Position numbers and translations under genes: made by a program. Positions 59,311-64,000 of a DNA stretch of 64,000 nt are shown here, in pieces. Position 1 is the stretch's first letter. Every line of letters starts with the position of its first letter. Source of the DNA: Nitrosopumilus sp. (GTDB lineage: Archaea > Thermoproteota > Nitrososphaeria > Nitrososphaerales > Nitrosopumilaceae). Location of the stretch: NCBI GenBank assembly GCA_965207075.1, contig CBDBLO010000002.1, positions 576,001 through 640,000 on the forward strand. The letters are read 5' to 3'. Under the pieces are notes generated by a model that had not been told where the DNA came from, made no database searches, and saw nothing but the letters and a program-made list of their open reading frames with translations.

Positions 59311-59744
59311 GCGCGGCGCGGGAAGAGGTTTCTGCAGGCGTCGTCCTGTATAGGATGCAGGACTCGAGGCGCCTGTACCTCGTACTCCGGTACGCGGCCG
59401 GGCACTGGGACCTTGCAAAGGGCAAGAGGGAGCCGGGCGAGTCGGACGTGCAGGCGGCGCTCAGGGAGGTCAGGGAGGAGACCGGGATCTCAGACGTGGC
59501 CCTGCACGAGGGCTTTGCAAGGCGCATCGAGTACGAGTTCGTGGACGGAGATGGCGCGGCGGTGCGCAAGACCGTGACGTTCTTTCTCGGGGAGACCGGG
59601 GCAAGGGATGTCACGCTGTCCGACGAGCACCGGGACTATGCGTGGCAGGAGTACGGCGGCGCGGTACGCGCGGTCACGTACCCCGCGGCGGCGGGCGTGC
59701 TCGGGGCCGCGGACGCATGGCTTGACGGCGCCGGCGCGGCGTGA
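59307..59744 (+). CDS. NUDIX hydrolase (Ap4A hydrolase-like)
   Basis: SAGVV, HWDLAKG...E...AALREVREETG, LSDEH; GTGA overlap with uppS. Confidence 0.9.
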   Translation: MSAAREEVSAGVVLYRMQDSRRLYLVLRYAAGHWDLAKGKREPGESDVQAALREVREETGISDVALHEGFARRIEYEFVDGDGAAVRKTVTFFLGETGARDVTLSDEHRDYAWQEYGGAVRAVTYPAAAGVLGAADAWLDGAGAA

Positions 59745-59973
59745 TGCGGCGACTGGCCTAGTGCCGCGGGGAAGCGAGCCACGAGCGCGCGACAGGCCGC
59801 TTGCGGCCGCGCCGGCTTGCAGGACGCGGCGTGCCGGGGTGCTTCCGGACGGGCAGAACGGACACTTGCTACTGCACTGAGCTGCCAAAACGGCGAATTC
59901 TGGACAACCATATATGGAGCGTCGGGACGCGCGTACCCTTCCAGGACGGAGCTGGAAAAACAATCCCGGACAA

Positions 59974-60732
59974 TCAGGTTTTGCCAGACGAGATGCTCTG
60001 GTGCATGGACATGGCCGCCCGCGTCATGTCGTCGGCCCGTATGATGGAGCGCCCCGCAATTACATAGTCGGAGCCGGCGCGTATAGTATCCGCGGCATCG
60101 GCCCCCTGCGCCCCCACGCCGGGGGATATTATGAGCATGCGCCGCCCGCTCTTTTGTATGCGCCTCGAGCACTCCCTTATGACGGCCGGGAACGTGGCGC
60201 CCACTATGACGCCGTCCGCGCCGGAGTCGAGCGCCCAGTCAAGAAAGATCTCGTGCATCTTTCGGGTGCTCTTGGATCTCGGCGTGGGATGCGCCCTCAT
60301 CTCATAGGACGCGCGGGCCTCGGGCGCGCTCATGTGGCACAGCGTGATTACGCCCCTGCCGCGCCTGTGCGCGGACCTGACCAGACTCCTGAGGCCGTCA
60401 AGCCCCATTATCGGGTTTGCGATCACGGCGTCAAAGCCCATGTCCCACAGGATCCCAGTCGCGACTCCGTTGGTGCTGCCTATGTCGTTGAGTTTTATGT
60501 CCGCAATGGCCTGCAGCCCGAGCCCGTGGGCGGCGTCGGTTATGGAGGACACCTGCCTGATGCCAAGCGGCAGCAGCAGATGGTAGTTGATCTTTATGGC
60601 GCAGATGTATGCCGACAGCTTCCTGATGTCGCGTATTACGGGGGAGGCGGCCAGGGAGCGGCCCGTGTAGTCGCAGGCAAGTATCACGCGCCGGCCCGAC
60701 GCCTCTGACAGCTTGGCACTAAACGTCCTCAT
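59974..60732 (-). CDS. pyrF: Orotidine-5'-phosphate decarboxylase
   Basis: LACD, DIKLNDIGST, VGAT, SPGVGAQG, GRSI. Confidence 0.94.
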   Translation of the reverse strand: MRTFSAKLSEASGRRVILACDYTGRSLAASPVIRDIRKLSAYICAIKINYHLLLPLGIRQVSSITDAAHGLGLQAIADIKLNDIGSTNGVATGILWDMGFDAVIANPIMGLDGLRSLVRSAHRRGRGVITLCHMSAPEARASYEMRAHPTPRSKSTRKMHEIFLDWALDSGADGVIVGATFPAVIRECSRRIQKSGRRMLIISPGVGAQGADAADTIRAGSDYVIAGRSIIRADDMTRAAMSMHQSISSGKT

Positions 60733-61519
60733 AGTCTATCAGTGGATGGCTGCCTTTGAGCCTAATAATCTTCAGGTACAAGTAGCCGTGCTCGGTCGGG
60801 GCGTCCACGAACGCGGGCCCTGCATCGCTTTGTGTAGAGAACATCAGAAACGGCTTTGCGGGATCAGAGTCAAGCTCGACGTACGCAAAGAGCGCTGGCG
60901 CCTCCGCGTCGCCGTAGCCCTGCTCCAGCGTGGCGCCAAGAAGCCACTTGCGGCCACGCCGGAACAGGAGTAGCGGAAACGGAGAGTCCACGCGCCCCCA
61001 CATCATGCCGATCAAGCTGGAGAGATCCTCCAGTATTATGGGATGATACCTGTCCTCCGCGCCGCTATCTGGAAGCAGTATCCCCGGAAGCGATCTTATG
61101 CGTATTATCGGGGAGTATGCCATGCTCGAGTCGGACATCGCAGCGGACGTCCCGTGCTCCTCCCTTCCGCGCCTCAGACCGTAGTACAGGTGGTGCCCTG
61201 CCGCGGGACCGTCGCCGCCGTCAAACGGCACGTAGTATATGATGGGCCTGCCGCGCATCACGTCCGCCTGGGCGCAGAGAATGTTCACGTCGTCGTGCTT
61301 GTGGGCCATGCATGCAGAAGGCGCGCTTTCCAGCGCGCATACGAGCCGCGAAAAGTCGAGGCACGACTCAAGCTGGATATAGTACGGGCGTGTGCCCCAG
61401 TGATCTTCCACGCCCTCGGTGGCAGAGACCGATCCTGCCGCATCTCCCCTGTCTGCAGGCACGGTCGCCGCCGCCTCCGCTGTCTTCGTCGCCACAATCA
61501 GACCTGAGCGCAGTATCAA
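60719..61519 (-). CDS. Conserved hypothetical protein
   Basis: Long ORF between purA and pyrF; start uncertain. Confidence 0.7.
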   Translation of the reverse strand: MILRSGLIVATKTAEAAATVPADRGDAAGSVSATEGVEDHWGTRPYYIQLESCLDFSRLVCALESAPSACMAHKHDDVNILCAQADVMRGRPIIYYVPFDGGDGPAAGHHLYYGLRRGREEHGTSAAMSDSSMAYSPIIRIRSLPGILLPDSGAEDRYHPIILEDLSSLIGMMWGRVDSPFPLLLFRRGRKWLLGATLEQGYGDAEAPALFAYVELDSDPAKPFLMFSTQSDAGPAFVDAPTEHGYLYLKIIRLKGSHPLIDYEDV

Positions 61520-61555
61520 ATTAAACCTATTAGAGCCATCCGAGCACGGGCCCCG

Positions 61556-62560
61556 TCATGCGGCGCGCCTGTCGATTACGTCCTCGACGCCGGGGCCCGT
61601 CCCTATGACGGCGGCCGGGATCCCCAGCGCGTCCTCTATGCCTGAGACGAACTTTTTTGCCTCGGCGGGAAGGTCGCCAAACGACCTGCCGCCTGCGCAC
61701 TCCGGATACAGTACGTCAAGCTTTGTCAGGGCAAACTGCGTCGCCCCGTTGAGCATCGCGGCCCGCGCGGCCAGGCTCATGTCAAAGTCCGCCGCGCGCC
61801 GCGGCCTGCCGGTTACTGTTCCGAACTCCGACCATCCCCTCTGCGAGGCCTCCTCGTCGGACAGGGCGTTTTCCAGGGGCCCTGTCCCCACACGCGTGAC
61901 ATACGACTTGAAGACCACCATGACCTCGTCCACCTTTGTGGGGCCCAGTCCGACGTCGGCGCATATGCCCGACGCGGTCACGTCCTTTGACGTCACGTAC
62001 GGGTACGTTCCGTGCCACAGCGACAGGAACGTGCCTTGGGTACCCTCCACCAGCACGTCCCGGCCCGCCGCAAGTGCCGAGTTTATCTCGTGGGGCACGT
62101 CGGCGATCATACCTGACAGGGACTCGACGTCGCGTGCAAGCCTCAACGTGCGCAACGCGCGGTCCGAGTTTGCAGGGCCGGTTCCGGAACCCGTGCTTCC
62201 TATCGTATCCTTGAGGCGGCCTCCCGAGTCCCTCTCGCGGTGAGCAGGGTCTATTATGCCGCAGTTGGCGTCCAGATACGCCTGCTTTTGCGCGCCAAAG
62301 TCCTCGACCTCCCTTAGCAGTACGTCGGGATCCACCACCACGCCGGGGCCTATCATCACCCTTGCACTGCGGTTGAGAAATCCGCTTGGCAGCATGCGCA
62401 CCTTGTACGTCCTTTCCCCGTCCCGTATGGTGTGCCCCGCGTTGGGGCCCGCGCCGCCCCTCACCACGATTCCCGGCGAGTCCCTGGTTGCAAGGTACGA
62501 GATGATCTTGCCCTTGCCCTCGTCCCCAAAGAATCCGCCAACCACTACGGTCGCTGCCAC
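61556..62560 (-). CDS. purA: Adenylosuccinate synthetase (short archaeal type)
   Basis: GDEGKGK, GPNAGHT, EGTQG, YPYVTS, EFGTVTGRPRR, TKLD. Confidence 0.95.
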   Translation of the reverse strand: MAATVVVGGFFGDEGKGKIISYLATRDSPGIVVRGGAGPNAGHTIRDGERTYKVRMLPSGFLNRSARVMIGPGVVVDPDVLLREVEDFGAQKQAYLDANCGIIDPAHRERDSGGRLKDTIGSTGSGTGPANSDRALRTLRLARDVESLSGMIADVPHEINSALAAGRDVLVEGTQGTFLSLWHGTYPYVTSKDVTASGICADVGLGPTKVDEVMVVFKSYVTRVGTGPLENALSDEEASQRGWSEFGTVTGRPRRAADFDMSLAARAAMLNGATQFALTKLDVLYPECAGGRSFGDLPAEAKKFVSGIEDALGIPAAVIGTGPGVEDVIDRRAA

Positions 62561-62749
62561 GGTACGGCGGGCGCATTGCATCTTAATTAATGTAGTATGG
62601 AGCAACCCGGCCGGGTGCCCGCGGCGCCGCGCATGGGGGCGCCCGGACGCGCTTGGTACCATCGCCATCGTCGCCATCGCCACAACTGTCCCCATCCTCG
62701 AAACCGCCGCGGCGGAGTCGTTATATTCTCGCCGCGCCGCCGCCATGTG

Positions 62750-63214
62750 ATGGCGACTGAAAACTTTGCCGGCAACATCATAGTCAGCTTGGCAAGCCTG
62801 CCGGACTTTCTGAGAAAGCCCATATTGACAAAGCGGATGAACGAATTCTTTGCGCTGTCGGAGCCTGAAAAGCAGGAGATCATACGCAATGCCCTGGAGG
62901 CGGGACCCACCGTGGATTTTGGCAGGTTTGAGAAACTCTTCAGGACATGGCTTGAGGTGCTGGCGGGACTGCCGCAGGACCGGCGGGCGGAGCTCGTGGG
63001 TGCGTACGCCGTGGAGATCTCGCAGAGTCCCGGACGACTGGTCGCCTTTAACATGGACGCCATATATGGCATATTCCTGACGCTGAGCCCCGACCAGCAG
63101 GAGTCAGTCGCCTCGTCCGTAAGGGACGCGGTCTCGGCGCTCGGCGCGCGGGATCAAAGAACGATCAGGATGATTGTGCCCGATGCGGCGCAGGCGCGCG
63201 TCGGCATCGCATGA
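62750..63214 (+). CDS. Conserved hypothetical protein
   Basis: MATENFAGNIIVSLASLPDFLRKPIL... Confidence 0.75.
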   Translation: MATENFAGNIIVSLASLPDFLRKPILTKRMNEFFALSEPEKQEIIRNALEAGPTVDFGRFEKLFRTWLEVLAGLPQDRRAELVGAYAVEISQSPGRLVAFNMDAIYGIFLTLSPDQQESVASSVRDAVSALGARDQRTIRMIVPDAAQARVGIA

Positions 63215-63227
63215 CCGGCGGGGTACC

Positions 63228-63518
63228 CTAGGCCTGGGAACCCGGAGGGGGATCGTCCGGGCGCCGGTTGTCCTCGTTTGTGAAATCTATGACGTCGCCG
63301 TCAGGAGACATGACGCCGACGAATATCTTTTCGTTCTTGCGGAGCATCTTGCGGTGATCCGGCATGGACATGTCAAGCCGCATCTCGTTCATGACCATGA
63401 CGCGGTACTCTTTCCACTCGGCCCAGCACTTGTTGCACGTGGGATACTTTTCGGCCACCATGTCCAGAACCTCGGAGTCCGGTATCTGTAGCTTGCACTT
63501 GGTGCACTGCCGCCCCAT
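63228..63518 (-). CDS. Fe(II)-trafficking/YggX-like protein
   Basis: CTKC...CNKCWAEWKE...MVMNEMRLDM...HRKML. Confidence 0.75.
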   Translation of the reverse strand: MGRQCTKCKLQIPDSEVLDMVAEKYPTCNKCWAEWKEYRVMVMNEMRLDMSMPDHRKMLRKNEKIFVGVMSPDGDVIDFTNEDNRRPDDPPPGSQA

Positions 63519-63580
63519 GGCGCACAGTCCCCGGACGGCTCTTTTATCTCTTATTGAGGAACTGCTTCCAGTCCGTGATA

Positions 63581-64000
63581 TTAGCTGGGCATGCCGTAAT
63601 CGACAGCCCGGCCAAACACCGCGCCTGCACTCTGACGTTCTTTCTCCATTCCGCTGCGGGAAAGGGAACGCGCCTGCACTTGGCTCTCGTGCCCCCTCGC
63701 GGGGCCCCCGACCGCCTCTGAGAAGCAGTTGAGGCGCGCGTCCAGTTCGCGTCTTACGAGGGCCGTTCCTGCCCCCGTGGCCTGCCATTTTCTCGTCGTA
63801 TCACCGGGGTCTGTGGGCGGCAGGCCGTATCCCCCGATTACCATGGCCGCGTTGACGTCGGCCTGTTGAACGTAACTGCACTTGGTGCACCTGAACATGT
63901 CCCTCGTCACCCTCGAGGACTTGTCGACGTGCCCGCACCTCGCGCACTCCTGCGACGTGTACCTGGGGTCGACCGTGATGATCTGTATGCCCGCGAGCTC
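63581..64000 (-). mobile_element. tnpB: TnpB (IS200/IS605-type RNA-guided nuclease), C-terminal part; gene continues beyond the window
   Basis: VDPRYTSQECARCGH...FRCTKCSY...ADVNAAMVI zinc finger plus RuvC-III. Confidence 0.92.

Noticed and set aside
16009-63214. Many long antisense or alternate-frame ORFs overlapping core genes (e.g. 27368..27979, 31732..32463, 57243..58226, 59914..60708)
   Set aside because: Expected shadow ORFs in GC-rich coding DNA; the overlapping frame has clear family motifs

Overview
Archaeal chromosomal DNA, most likely from a GC-rich Nitrososphaerota (Nitrosopumilaceae/Cenarchaeum-like) ammonia oxidiser. This is inferred from rps30e, rpl21e-rpo4-DUF655-ksgA, radA, nop5-fibrillarin, TFE-beta, top6A/B-KH-rio1, aIF2-beta, DUF373-uppS and purA/pyrF. 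Most of 8.3-41 kb and 47-63.5 kb is housekeeping. There are three accessory zones. (1) A ~7 kb element integrated at the 3' end of tRNA-Ser(GCT), bounded by a 16-bp direct repeat (1161-1176 / 8217-8232). It carries a frameshifted tyrosine integrase, a CAP protein, a 2H-phosphoesterase/metallophosphoesterase fusion, a DUF3800-like RNase H-fold gene and, convergent with that gene, ~840 nt without a credible gene that is packed with G-U-rich helices on the + strand and contains a 15-nt purine repeat x7. This candidate large structured ncRNA plus RNase H-fold protein is the top finding. An MNT-HEPN pair lies just outside the element. (2) A 41-45.7 kb IS66/IS630 nest around a secreted metzincin-like pseudo-protease and partner cassette. 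(3) The 3' part of a TnpB gene at the right edge. Several core proteins carry long low-complexity tails. A 1-nt frameshift in rio1 warns that the assembly may contain indel errors. All family calls come from motifs read by eye; no searches or folding programs were run.
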